A DNA stretch of 25,374 nt from a virus (taxonomy: Duplodnaviria; Caudoviricetes): positions 1 to 25,374 of IMG/VR virus record IMGVR_UViG_3300025777_000011; one strand, written 5' to 3'. The position numbers were made by a program, and so were the translations under genes. The notes beneath the pieces were generated by a model. That model had not been told where the DNA came from. It did no database searches and saw only the letters and a list, made by a program, of their open reading frames with translations. Positions 15,821 to 24,021 of the stretch are shown in pieces (positions within the stretch are counted from its first letter, which is position 1; each line of letters opens with the position of its first letter).

Positions 15821-16314
15821 ATAGTTGTGGGTTTTGAGTAGGTTACAAATAAGGTTTGCCCTGCATCCAGTGAGCAACCGATAAGCGATATTGTCCCCAC
15901 CGTTGCGTCAAAAGTATACTGTGAGCGGAGCAGTGTTTTTATTTCAAGAATGACTGAAATAATAGTTCCGTCCTGCAATGGTGTAAGGGTTACAACTGTT
16001 TCTCCGTCAGTGCTTGCGGTATATGTTGCCTGTGGTTGTATTTGGTCGTAATTTGCCATAGTTGGTGATTGTTGTTCAGGTATACCGAACCCTAACAGGG
16101 TCGAATATACAATTTTGTTTGTAGATATTAAAGTGAGAATTGATTGGTCGGCCACTAAAGTGTTATCCCATATCATTTTTTGACCTGAATAGGGTAAGTC
16201 TTCGGGGCTAACATTATTATCGGTTAGCAACTTGATATAATAGTCCATCGTGCCGTATGTATTCATACATACATCACTAAAAGATTGACCGTTTACGCAA
16301 TTATATTGTAGCAT
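15817..16314 (-). CDS. Baseplate LysM/tail-X-like protein with C-terminal beta domain
   Basis: N-terminal VNGQSFSDVCMNTYGT..LLTDN is LysM-like; position follows the wedge gene. Confidence 0.65.
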   Translation of the reverse strand: MLQYNCVNGQSFSDVCMNTYGTMDYYIKLLTDNNVSPEDLPYSGQKMIWDNTLVADQSILTLISTNKIVYSTLLGFGIPEQQSPTMANYDQIQPQATYTASTDGETVVTLTPLQDGTIISVILEIKTLLRSQYTFDATVGTISLIGCSLDAGQTLFVTYSKPTTI

Positions 16315-16612
16315 TTGGATTGATTATTAAGTTGCCCGAAGTATCAGCGGTAATACTCGGATTATTTACAGTGTATGCGTCCTTTTCTAATTCAATTCTA
16401 ATCTTTTTGGCTATGACCTGTTTGTCAACGGGCCCGCCTAACCACGCGGCAATACCTACGCCATCCATCGGAAACTCTTTCCACCAACCAGGGAAAGCGT
16501 TAATTGTATCTTCAATGTGCTGTTCATCGCTGGGCGCGAAGATAAAGTCTGCCGTGTTATTGTCAATTACAAGGTCATTTCCATCTATCGCTAAATCAAA
16601 TCGTGTTGCCAT
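16301..16612 (-). CDS. Baseplate wedge/sheath initiator (gp25/W-like)
   Basis: SDEQHI...PGWWKEFPMDGVGI pattern; 103 aa; follows the spike gene. Confidence 0.7.
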   Translation of the reverse strand: MATRFDLAIDGNDLVIDNNTADFIFAPSDEQHIEDTINAFPGWWKEFPMDGVGIAAWLGGPVDKQVIAKKIRIELEKDAYTVNNPSITADTSGNLIINPNATI

Positions 16613-17205
16613 TAGTCAGGTTTGCCGTGTGTAATATAATCCGATTCAATGTCTGAGCGTTGCGTTATTGGTGTAATCAAAAACCCTTGCACGTTATCCG
16701 GAAGCGGTGCCGCACTTACTGCCCCCGTTACCGGTATCGGCAATCCCCCCACATAATTTATAAGCCCATTCAATGCTTGCTCCAACTGATTTATTTTCTT
16801 TAAAAGTCCTTTCGTTGGGTCGTTAGGGTCAACACTTTTTATCCAACCGCCATAAGTGCCATCATTATACTTCTGTTTCCCGTCATTGGTATATAGCGCA
16901 CTACTACTACCTACCTGCAAATATAACTTATCTACGTCTGAATATAAAGCAACAAACGGGTCATTGTTGGTTGATGTTACTACCATTACCGTAGAGCCAA
17001 CCACAGGCACAATAAGCAAGCCGTCACACACCGCAGCCTGTAACATTACATCGGGTATTAAAACATCATTTTGCCCCCTTACAGAGCATGTGCCCGCGTT
17101 TTCGTCCACACTCTCAACTAACCCGATATACATTGTAACCGTATCGGCTTTGAAAGTGCCAGCCATCCGCATCACGGCGGTTGTTATATCTCTTTCCGCG
17201 CTCAT
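16612..17205 (-). CDS. Baseplate central spike (gpV/Mu gp45-like)
   Basis: OB-fold-like N-terminus VESVDENAGTCSV...DVML...PVVGSTVMV; follows the hub gene. Confidence 0.75.
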   Translation of the reverse strand: MSAERDITTAVMRMAGTFKADTVTMYIGLVESVDENAGTCSVRGQNDVLIPDVMLQAAVCDGLLIVPVVGSTVMVVTSTNNDPFVALYSDVDKLYLQVGSSSALYTNDGKQKYNDGTYGGWIKSVDPNDPTKGLLKKINQLEQALNGLINYVGGLPIPVTGAVSAAPLPDNVQGFLITPITQRSDIESDYITHGKPD

Positions 17206-18455
17206 TGTGGTGCTAATTTAGGTGGTGGAAATGAGATTGGATTGTCGTTAGCATCAAAAACAAGGTAATCTAAAGTAATCTCTTGCCGGTGTCCACTTAC
17301 ACCGCCCTTATAAGTTACTCCCCGCACAACGTATGTGCCGTTACGGTCAGGCATTAACCTGTCAGTTATCCGCACGTAATCTCCAAATTTAACGTAGGGT
17401 ATGGCAAATGTTGTAAACTTACCCCGAAAACCGGAGTAATAATATTTATTCATTTCCTGTGCGCCACGTGTTGCCAGGTCAAAGGCACTCGTTGCATCAT
17501 TGATAAATATCTTTCTCCGTTCGCCCTCGTCATTGGCCGGAAAGTCTACATTCTGTTTTTTAACATTATAGAGATAGTTTCCGTTTTGATCCGGATAAAC
17601 CAAAACCATTAACCGTTCCTTTTTAGTTTTCTCCTGCCCTTGTTTATTTAGCTTCCCCGTATCTTTTACATTGATTGATTCCGCAACAATGGAGAGTTTA
17701 ATATCCTCCCTCCGTTGAAAGTCTAATGAATCGCTGATAATATTCTGCTGAAATACGAAATTATGCTTTACAGCGTCAGTAGGCACATAAACGATGCTAC
17801 CAATACGAAGTTCTGCCCCGCGAAAATAAGCCTCTAAATGATAGTCCTTGCGAAGCCTCATAATGATTTGCGCCACCGATTCATTCTGAATAACAAAATT
17901 GCCTATGGTTGTTTCGGTTAATGCGTTAACTGTAATCTGTTCGCCACCGTAAACGGTTACACCGGCCAATAATGAGCGCATTAAATTTTCTACCGTTCCC
18001 ATCTTGGGCCATGTCTGAGGCTTTGCGGGCACTTGTTTTAATACCCACATATTATCCTCACATTCTAATTGAATCGGTTTTTTGCTCGTTACTTTAGCTA
18101 TGAACCCCTGAAATATCGGGGCGTTGGGTAGTTCTAAATGCTGATTTCCTTGCTCGTCATAGGTGTAATAGCCATAAGTCAACTCCACCGCATCCCCGCG
18201 CTGGAATAGTTCATTTACCTGCACCGGGCTATTGGTGCCGCCCAACAATACCTTATTTCCCAGCGAATCGGTTACGTAGATATTTTTGGGGAATGTAATT
18301 TTTAGAGTATTAGTAAGGTTCACCCATGTATTTGTTGCCTCAAATTCATGCACGAAGTCAAAGTGAAACGTTTTGTTTCTCGTTAAATCCCCTTTATTTG
18401 GTCGCTGCTGAAACTTAACAAGGGTATAGCATCTAAACATGTAACTCTTTGCCAT
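17202..18455 (-). CDS. Baseplate hub (late control gene D/Mu gp44-like)
   Basis: LTNTLKITFP, VELTYGY, FQGFI, LECEDNM, GFRGKFTTFAIP and GTYVVRGV motifs. Confidence 0.8.
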   Translation of the reverse strand: MAKSYMFRCYTLVKFQQRPNKGDLTRNKTFHFDFVHEFEATNTWVNLTNTLKITFPKNIYVTDSLGNKVLLGGTNSPVQVNELFQRGDAVELTYGYYTYDEQGNQHLELPNAPIFQGFIAKVTSKKPIQLECEDNMWVLKQVPAKPQTWPKMGTVENLMRSLLAGVTVYGGEQITVNALTETTIGNFVIQNESVAQIIMRLRKDYHLEAYFRGAELRIGSIVYVPTDAVKHNFVFQQNIISDSLDFQRREDIKLSIVAESINVKDTGKLNKQGQEKTKKERLMVLVYPDQNGNYLYNVKKQNVDFPANDEGERRKIFINDATSAFDLATRGAQEMNKYYYSGFRGKFTTFAIPYVKFGDYVRITDRLMPDRNGTYVVRGVTYKGGVSGHRQEITLDYLVFDANDNPISFPPPKLAPQ

Positions 18456-18456
18456 A

Positions 18457-19185
18457 TCATTGCGCCGGTTGTGTAATTTTCAATTCAACAGGTGTATCAC
18501 TTACCGCCTTAACTGTAAACATCTGATATGAATAACCGCCCTGCACCTGGGGGAAGCTGTAAGATTCAATTACAATATGCGAGATGCCTAAATTCTCCAA
18601 CCACCACGCAGTTATTTCTTTCGCTACCGGTGCATCGAGCCACCTTTGAAACTTCTTAACCTGCTCACGCGGATATACACCATTTTTGCCCGTTATGTAG
18701 CCGTTTATGACTATATCCGCATCGCCCTGCCCAATATACTCCTTAACTGTTCCATCGCGCCCCTGTATCTCTGTTTTGATTACTTTGATAGGCTGGTCAA
18801 CTGTTATCAATACGCTTTCGAAGTTCATATAAAATGCCGCGCCGATACCGATTTGATTGCCCGCCGTTGATTGCGTTGCACCGCCGCTACGATACATATC
18901 GTTTTCAAGATTAACCTTCCGCCCCGTAATGTTGTCAATGTATGAACAACCCAATATTGTAAGGTCGGTGTAAATTGGTGTGCCTAAACTGCCAATGCCG
19001 ATAGGTTCATCTTTTGGCTGTGTGTTGCTTGCTGCTAATTCAACTGAGCCATCATAGGGGTTATTCTTTGGCGCCAGCCGCTTTGCGTTGATGATTTGCA
19101 CAGTTAGAACACCGGCAAATAAAGCCAGCTTCTCAACCGGTGCCGTTAATTCATTTGGTAATCCTATGTGAAATTTATCTGCCAT
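18457..19185 (-). CDS. Tail tube initiator (DUF6046-like)
   Basis: IKTEIQGRDGTVKEYIGQGD.DI.I.G and AVSDTP motifs; follows the tape measure gene. Confidence 0.75.
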   Translation of the reverse strand: MADKFHIGLPNELTAPVEKLALFAGVLTVQIINAKRLAPKNNPYDGSVELAASNTQPKDEPIGIGSLGTPIYTDLTILGCSYIDNITGRKVNLENDMYRSGGATQSTAGNQIGIGAAFYMNFESVLITVDQPIKVIKTEIQGRDGTVKEYIGQGDADIVINGYITGKNGVYPREQVKKFQRWLDAPVAKEITAWWLENLGISHIVIESYSFPQVQGGYSYQMFTVKAVSDTPVELKITQPAQ

Positions 19186-20747
19186 TATAAATGCCCTCCC
19201 GTTCTCATTATTGCATCATTGCCAGCCTGTAAAAGTGTGTTGGCCACCAGCTCTTTAATCTTTGCCGCGCTTTCGCCTACTGTGGTGCTGTTTACGCTGA
19301 AATGGTCTATCATTTTATTGATATTCATCGTAACGGTTATACTGTGCGCCCCTTTGGCTTTGTCGGGTGCAATGTCGGCTATTGCGCCCGCCGCCCCAGC
19401 CTTACCCTCTTTGCCTGTTGCAACTACCTTTTTCTTATCCCAAGCCTCCTTATTTAAATTTGCCAAGGTGCTTGTATATGCGTTATTCCCAGCAATGGCT
19501 GCTTTTGTAAATCCTTCTTCGGCGGCTGAAATAATACCGCCAAAATCGCCACCAACTTTATTCCACTTACCTGTTAATATATCTTCAAGTATATGAAAGA
19601 AACCCATTGCCATATGCCCTAATGTTTCAAAAACTCCACCCACAAAAGCACCAACCCCAGCCATCATTGCCTGAAATCTAAATGAATGTTCATACAACGC
19701 AACAAGCAAGCCAATAACAACGGACGCGCCTAACGTAATCGCCCCCCACATGACCGTAGCAGATATGCCCACGTATTCAAATGCTCCAGCCAAACCAAAT
19801 ACTGCTATTGATTGCACAAATGTAGCTGCCGATGCTAACGCTGATTTGATTGCGATAGCTGCCAAATAGCCCTCATATAAAGCAAATACGCCCAATGTAA
19901 GAGATACTGCAACCTTTACCCCATCCAATGCGGCTTTATTTTCTCTTAGCCAGTGAATAAATGTTTTAACAGATTCCGCCCCATCCTTAAAACCCTTGGA
20001 TATGTCGGTCAGTATTGGCTTTAATGTAGTAAGTATTTCCAATCCTATTTCGCCGATGGTTTTTTGAGCCGCGCCCATGTCCTTGTTGAATTGCGCTAAT
20101 GGGTCGGCGTTAAACGCTTCTTCTGCTGCGTTCTTTACTTTGCCTTCTACTATTGCCAATAATTCAAGTCTTGCTTGCGCCTCATGCCCATTTTTTGCAA
20201 GGTCTTGTAAATGCTCCTGCACTGATGGATCAATCTTTAACTGCTTACCCAAACTACGCAACATTTCAGGTGCATTAATAGCTTTTGCAAGCATATTACC
20301 GGCGGCGCCAATATCCATAGTTAATTTAGTAGCTAAATCAGCACTAACCTTTGTAATTCTTTGCATTTCTTCCTCGCCAATACTACCAACTAAGCCCAAT
20401 TGAGATTGTAATTTAACGATGTCGGCAGTGGAATAAAGAACGCCTTTTGATAATTCCTTTGCCCCGTTTACCATCTTCTCAAATGCTTCCTCAGAATACG
20501 TGCCCATATTCTCCATAGTGTTCTGCAATGCAACTTCGGCGGTGTGTAGTTCATGCGCCTTTTCAATGCCGCCTTTAAAGAACTCAATGCCCTCAAATAT
20601 CGCAAAGCCGATACCAAGCGCGCCTAATGTTTTTTCGACCATGCCCATAGTCGTTTCTAATTGCTCCGCAGCCTCGTCAGCTTCGTGCAATTTAGCCGTT
20701 AGCATGTCCTTTAAACTAAGGGTATATTCAACTTTACCATCACTCAT
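19185..20747 (-). CDS. Tail tape measure protein
   Basis: VEYTLSLKD N-terminus, Ala/Gly-rich helices and hydrophobic segments; downstream of the chaperone. Confidence 0.85.
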   Translation of the reverse strand: MSDGKVEYTLSLKDMLTAKLHEADEAAEQLETTMGMVEKTLGALGIGFAIFEGIEFFKGGIEKAHELHTAEVALQNTMENMGTYSEEAFEKMVNGAKELSKGVLYSTADIVKLQSQLGLVGSIGEEEMQRITKVSADLATKLTMDIGAAGNMLAKAINAPEMLRSLGKQLKIDPSVQEHLQDLAKNGHEAQARLELLAIVEGKVKNAAEEAFNADPLAQFNKDMGAAQKTIGEIGLEILTTLKPILTDISKGFKDGAESVKTFIHWLRENKAALDGVKVAVSLTLGVFALYEGYLAAIAIKSALASAATFVQSIAVFGLAGAFEYVGISATVMWGAITLGASVVIGLLVALYEHSFRFQAMMAGVGAFVGGVFETLGHMAMGFFHILEDILTGKWNKVGGDFGGIISAAEEGFTKAAIAGNNAYTSTLANLNKEAWDKKKVVATGKEGKAGAAGAIADIAPDKAKGAHSITVTMNINKMIDHFSVNSTTVGESAAKIKELVANTLLQAGNDAIMRTGGHL

Positions 20748-20907
20748 TCCACTGTCCTGTTTTTTGTAGTGCGTATCTTAATCGTCCGATATATGTTGCC
20801 AATTGTTCATCTGTTAAGCTATCCGGGTCAACTTTGAAGTGATATTGAACCAATGCTTCCCACTGCGTAACATCATCGCTTTCCTCAGTTATAACCGCGT
20901 CAACTAT
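20740..20907 (-). CDS. -1 frameshift extension of the tail assembly chaperone (GT-like), 55 aa
   Basis: After TTT AAA AAA AAA TAG, the -1 frame reads IVDAVITEESDDVTQWEALVQYHFKVDPDSLTDEQLATYIGRLRYALQKTGQWNE*. It has no ATG of its own and ends inside the tape measure start. Confidence 0.85.
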   Translation of the reverse strand: MVDAVITEESDDVTQWEALVQYHFKVDPDSLTDEQLATYIGRLRYALQKTGQWNE

Positions 20908-21263
20908 TTTTTTTTAAACATATTCACCGCCAGCTTGATACTTTCATAGGCCGCCAATGATGCACCCATGTAAAAATTATCATTCTTCGGTTCATCTGAA
21001 TATATACGCGGGTCTGATTCTTCTTTTATCATGTAAGCATCAACAATATCGGATGCTGCTGTAAATGGTTGCGTTAAACCCTTATCCATCACACGCATCT
21101 TAACAGTCCGTGGCGGTTCTTTGAAATATCCGACAAGTATCTCGCCGGTTTCGGGAACACCGAAAACTAACGGGTGAACCTTACATGAAAATCTTTGTTC
21201 TAATTCAGCAACTTTTGCGCTTGCTGCTTCGCGGGTGGCTTCTAATTTTGCGTTATCTATCAT
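20904..21263 (-). CDS. Tail assembly chaperone
   Basis: Lies between tube and tape measure; GYFKEP motif; ends in a slippery A9 run (FKKK*). Confidence 0.85.
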   Translation of the reverse strand: MIDNAKLEATREAASAKVAELEQRFSCKVHPLVFGVPETGEILVGYFKEPPRTVKMRVMDKGLTQPFTAASDIVDAYMIKEESDPRIYSDEPKNDNFYMGASLAAYESIKLAVNMFKKK

Positions 21264-21268
21264 GTTTA

Positions 21269-21276
21269 CAAAAGTA
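21269..21276 (-). promoter_or_regulatory. Possible -7 promoter box for the chaperone/tape measure genes
   Basis: TACTTTTG on the minus strand, 5 nt before the chaperone ATG. No clear -33 box. Confidence 0.5.
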
Positions 21277-21285
21277 ACATTTTTT

Positions 21286-21318
21286 TAAATAAAAAGAGGC
21301 GGTAAAATACCGCCCCCT
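21286..21318 (-). terminator. Intrinsic terminator after the tail tube gene
   Basis: Minus strand reads AGGGGGCGGTA-TTT-TACCGCCTCT followed by TTTTATTT. Confidence 0.8.
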
Positions 21319-21345
21319 ATAACCCAAACTAATACCACCCAAGTA

Positions 21346-21771
21346 TTAATATTTATGCTCGATACTGCCGATAATCAAAGGCAGGTCAATCATTACTTTT
21401 GTATCTCCCTGTCCAATGGTAAACGGGTCTTCCAAGAACTCACATGCGTGAAGCACGTCTAAACTTGTTGCAACCCTGGTGCCGCTAAACGATACCTGTA
21501 TGTCGAAGAAATCAATAGCCAACGGATCACGGTTAACTGATGCTGCAATGATAGCGTTCCACTCGTCTTTATAAAGTGTAATCTTCCCTTCATATTCAAC
21601 ATTGCCGTAACCACGCGATACGGGTTCTGTTCCCATACCGTAGTGATTTTCTTTCTTCTGTTTCTTTTTGTATTCGATTTTGGTAATGCCTACAACCGGA
21701 ACACCAAACAAAACAAGTTTGATGTTAGCCCAACTGTAATTCACTCCATTTATTAAAGGTGTATTTGCCAT
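21346..21771 (-). CDS. Tail tube protein
   Basis: INGVNYSWANI..GITKIEY..YGMGTEPVSRGYGNVEYEGKITL; directly after the sheath gene. Confidence 0.85.
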   Translation of the reverse strand: MANTPLINGVNYSWANIKLVLFGVPVVGITKIEYKKKQKKENHYGMGTEPVSRGYGNVEYEGKITLYKDEWNAIIAASVNRDPLAIDFFDIQVSFSGTRVATSLDVLHACEFLEDPFTIGQGDTKVMIDLPLIIGSIEHKY

Positions 21772-21775
21772 TGTC

Positions 21776-23374
21776 TTAACTTATTGAGGTTACAAATCCA
21801 ATATTTACCTGTATGTTATTCGCAACTCCCACCGGCAACAACTGAACGGCTACAATCAATAAACCTGTTGACAATACATTTTGAGTAGGGTCAATGGTTA
21901 CTTTGAAAGATGACAATTCAGCATCGCGCTTCATCTGCGTTAAATTAACTTCAGCCAGTGAAGTAAAGTAAGCAACTGAAGTATCAGTCAATGTGCCATC
22001 GCTGTTTAATACGATAGGTGAACCTAAAGCCGGTAACAGGCCAGCATACACACCGCGAATAGCTTTGTCAATGGTTCTGTTTCCTTCGATTTTAGCATAA
22101 TCAGATGTGCTTGCAACGGCTGTATAGCTGTTGTTGAAATAGCTGCCCGCCTGACCTACATACTTAATCAAGAAGATATAACGCAGCCCATCCAAAGTTT
22201 GCAATGTGCTTTGTGAAAGTGCGCTTAACAGTTGACCGTTACCAAATGCCGGGGTATCACACTCGGTGCCGTTGCTGATATTAAACTTAGCCACCCACTC
22301 AATCGAATCGCTTACAGAGGCCAAAGATACCGCACCAAGTGCCGCGCCTAACGTTGTAATGGAATAGCCAAATGTTGAAAATAAGAACGCGCCATGATTT
22401 GCACCGTCCTGGCTGATTACCGCACTCGCCTTATATGCTGTTAGCGTATTCAGGTCGGTTAACGTGGTTAAATCGGAGGTGGTTGATAGATCGGCTGCGT
22501 ATAGTGCGGAACATGGCTGATGATTGGCATCTAAGTTGTTCACTATCTCTGCATGGATAGCGGTTAAATCGCCGGTAGTGAAAGCATGGCATTGTCCACC
22601 ATCTAACCATATACCAAATTGGCGAATCTTACCGGTTGCATAGGTTTGCATCAAAGTTAACTCGCTGAAATCGTAAGCCGAATTAACAGCGAAGAAACCA
22701 ACAAATAAACGGCCTTGAGGCTGTATGCGGAAAAATTCAGAGATATGATAATGCCAAACAGCTTGTAGTGATTGTGTGCCGGTTGTAGCCGATGCAGGTT
22801 GCGTTAATGTTCCCGCAATGGTTCCCACTTTGGTAACTACTACCGGAGTAGAACCGACAATCGTGTTTGTTCCGTTTGGTGCTGTTCCCTGTGATTTAGG
22901 GAAGATGATCGTAAGCGTTCCCGTTGCTGCGGTTGCGCTGAATCCGTGGCTGTATGTGCCTGAGTTAATGAATACAGCAAGTGCGGCGGCGGCAGTAGTT
23001 GTAGAAACCACATCGGCAGTAACCAATGTATATGTTCCCAGGTTAACCGTAACCAATCCGATTGACTGTATATTGTTAGTTGTGACTATATCTACCGTTT
23101 TGCAGCTAATTTGAACCGTGTTACCGGCTGCGCCTGCGGCAGATATAGCGTAAGTTGCTTTGGCTGCGGTTGCATCGCTGTAATCGTTCTTAATGCCTAA
23201 ATTTTCAGCATCAGCAACGGAGCCAATAGACTTTATGCGGGCAGAAGTTGAATAACCGGAAGGTAAAGTTCCATTTGAGGTATATACACACAAACCAGAA
23301 ATGAAATCTTCGCCGGTCAACGGACGGCCTAAACCGCCCTGCCCTTTTACGAATGTGATATTACCTAATGCCAT
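21776..23374 (-). CDS. Contractile tail sheath (DUF2586-like)
   Basis: ITFVKGQGGLGRPL.GED.ISGL start, WHYHISEFFR, IEGNRTIDKAIR and IDPTQNVLST..IQVNIGF end. Confidence 0.88.
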   Translation of the reverse strand: MALGNITFVKGQGGLGRPLTGEDFISGLCVYTSNGTLPSGYSTSARIKSIGSVADAENLGIKNDYSDATAAKATYAISAAGAAGNTVQISCKTVDIVTTNNIQSIGLVTVNLGTYTLVTADVVSTTTAAAALAVFINSGTYSHGFSATAATGTLTIIFPKSQGTAPNGTNTIVGSTPVVVTKVGTIAGTLTQPASATTGTQSLQAVWHYHISEFFRIQPQGRLFVGFFAVNSAYDFSELTLMQTYATGKIRQFGIWLDGGQCHAFTTGDLTAIHAEIVNNLDANHQPCSALYAADLSTTSDLTTLTDLNTLTAYKASAVISQDGANHGAFLFSTFGYSITTLGAALGAVSLASVSDSIEWVAKFNISNGTECDTPAFGNGQLLSALSQSTLQTLDGLRYIFLIKYVGQAGSYFNNSYTAVASTSDYAKIEGNRTIDKAIRGVYAGLLPALGSPIVLNSDGTLTDTSVAYFTSLAEVNLTQMKRDAELSSFKVTIDPTQNVLSTGLLIVAVQLLPVGVANNIQVNIGFVTSIS

Positions 23375-23552
23375 TGTCTTTTTTCTTTTTTGGTTTTAGT
23401 TCGACTTCGCTCGCGGTTGTATTGGGGCGGTCAACCCTTACGCAATCTTTACGTTCAACTAAGTGGACTCCTCCATCTTCGTCAACCCATACAGTCTGCA
23501 CATGTTGTAAACCGCCCCAAATAACGCTCGCAAATTCTTCGTGAATGGTCAT
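23361..23552 (-). CDS. Small hypothetical head-region protein
   Basis: 63 aa, packed between the exported protein and the sheath; basic C-tail. Confidence 0.65.
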   Translation of the reverse strand: MTIHEEFASVIWGGLQHVQTVWVDEDGGVHLVERKDCVRVDRPNTTASEVELKPKKKKDNGIR

Positions 23553-23556
23553 TTTG

Positions 23557-24009
23557 TTAGTCTTGACTTCTACCTACTTCACACCATTTTACACCGTCAA
23601 ATACAAATTTAATTGTAGACCTGCGGGATGCTGTTGGGTAAAATGTGCCGCCGGTGGTGGTTACTGCCGGTGCCCAATTTGGCCCAGCCCATTTAATTGC
23701 TTTACCGGTTGAAGTATTGGTAACTAAGAATACGATTTCATCTCCGCAATAGCTGTTTTTCACTGAGGTAACGTTATAAGAAACGCTATCCAAAAGTGAA
23801 TCTACTGCGATAGTAGTATGGTATTGAATCGGAACCAACTTAACGGTATCGGTTCCCACTGCATCCTGACCTGAAAGAATGTAAGCACCGGTTAACACAC
23901 GGTATGAATTATCCTGCCCCGGCAAATTGCCGGTGCGGGGGATTGAAGATTGCGCGTTTACTGCTATGGCAAACGTTGCTAATAGTATGGCGAAAATTAT
24001 TTTTCTCAT
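23557..24009 (-). CDS. Decoration-position protein with Sec signal peptide
   Basis: MRKIIFAILLATFAIAVNA-Q; beta-rich domain ending KFVFDGVKWCEVGR; 12 nt downstream of the capsid gene. Confidence 0.75.
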   Translation of the reverse strand: MRKIIFAILLATFAIAVNAQSSIPRTGNLPGQDNSYRVLTGAYILSGQDAVGTDTVKLVPIQYHTTIAVDSLLDSVSYNVTSVKNSYCGDEIVFLVTNTSTGKAIKWAGPNWAPAVTTTGGTFYPTASRRSTIKFVFDGVKWCEVGRSQD

Positions 24010-24021
24010 TGCTTCTAAAAT

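Noticed and set aside
15821-15877. Longer N-termini given by the ORF track (15877; likewise 11794, 10490, 5746)
   Set aside because: Downstream ATGs give stop/start coupling or avoid overlaps and hairpins, and the 15820 start exposes a clean signal peptide.
15817-23374. Tail cluster as a stand-alone contractile injection system or tailocin
   Set aside because: A capsid gene, a scaffold gene and a full replication arm are linked, which indicates a phage.
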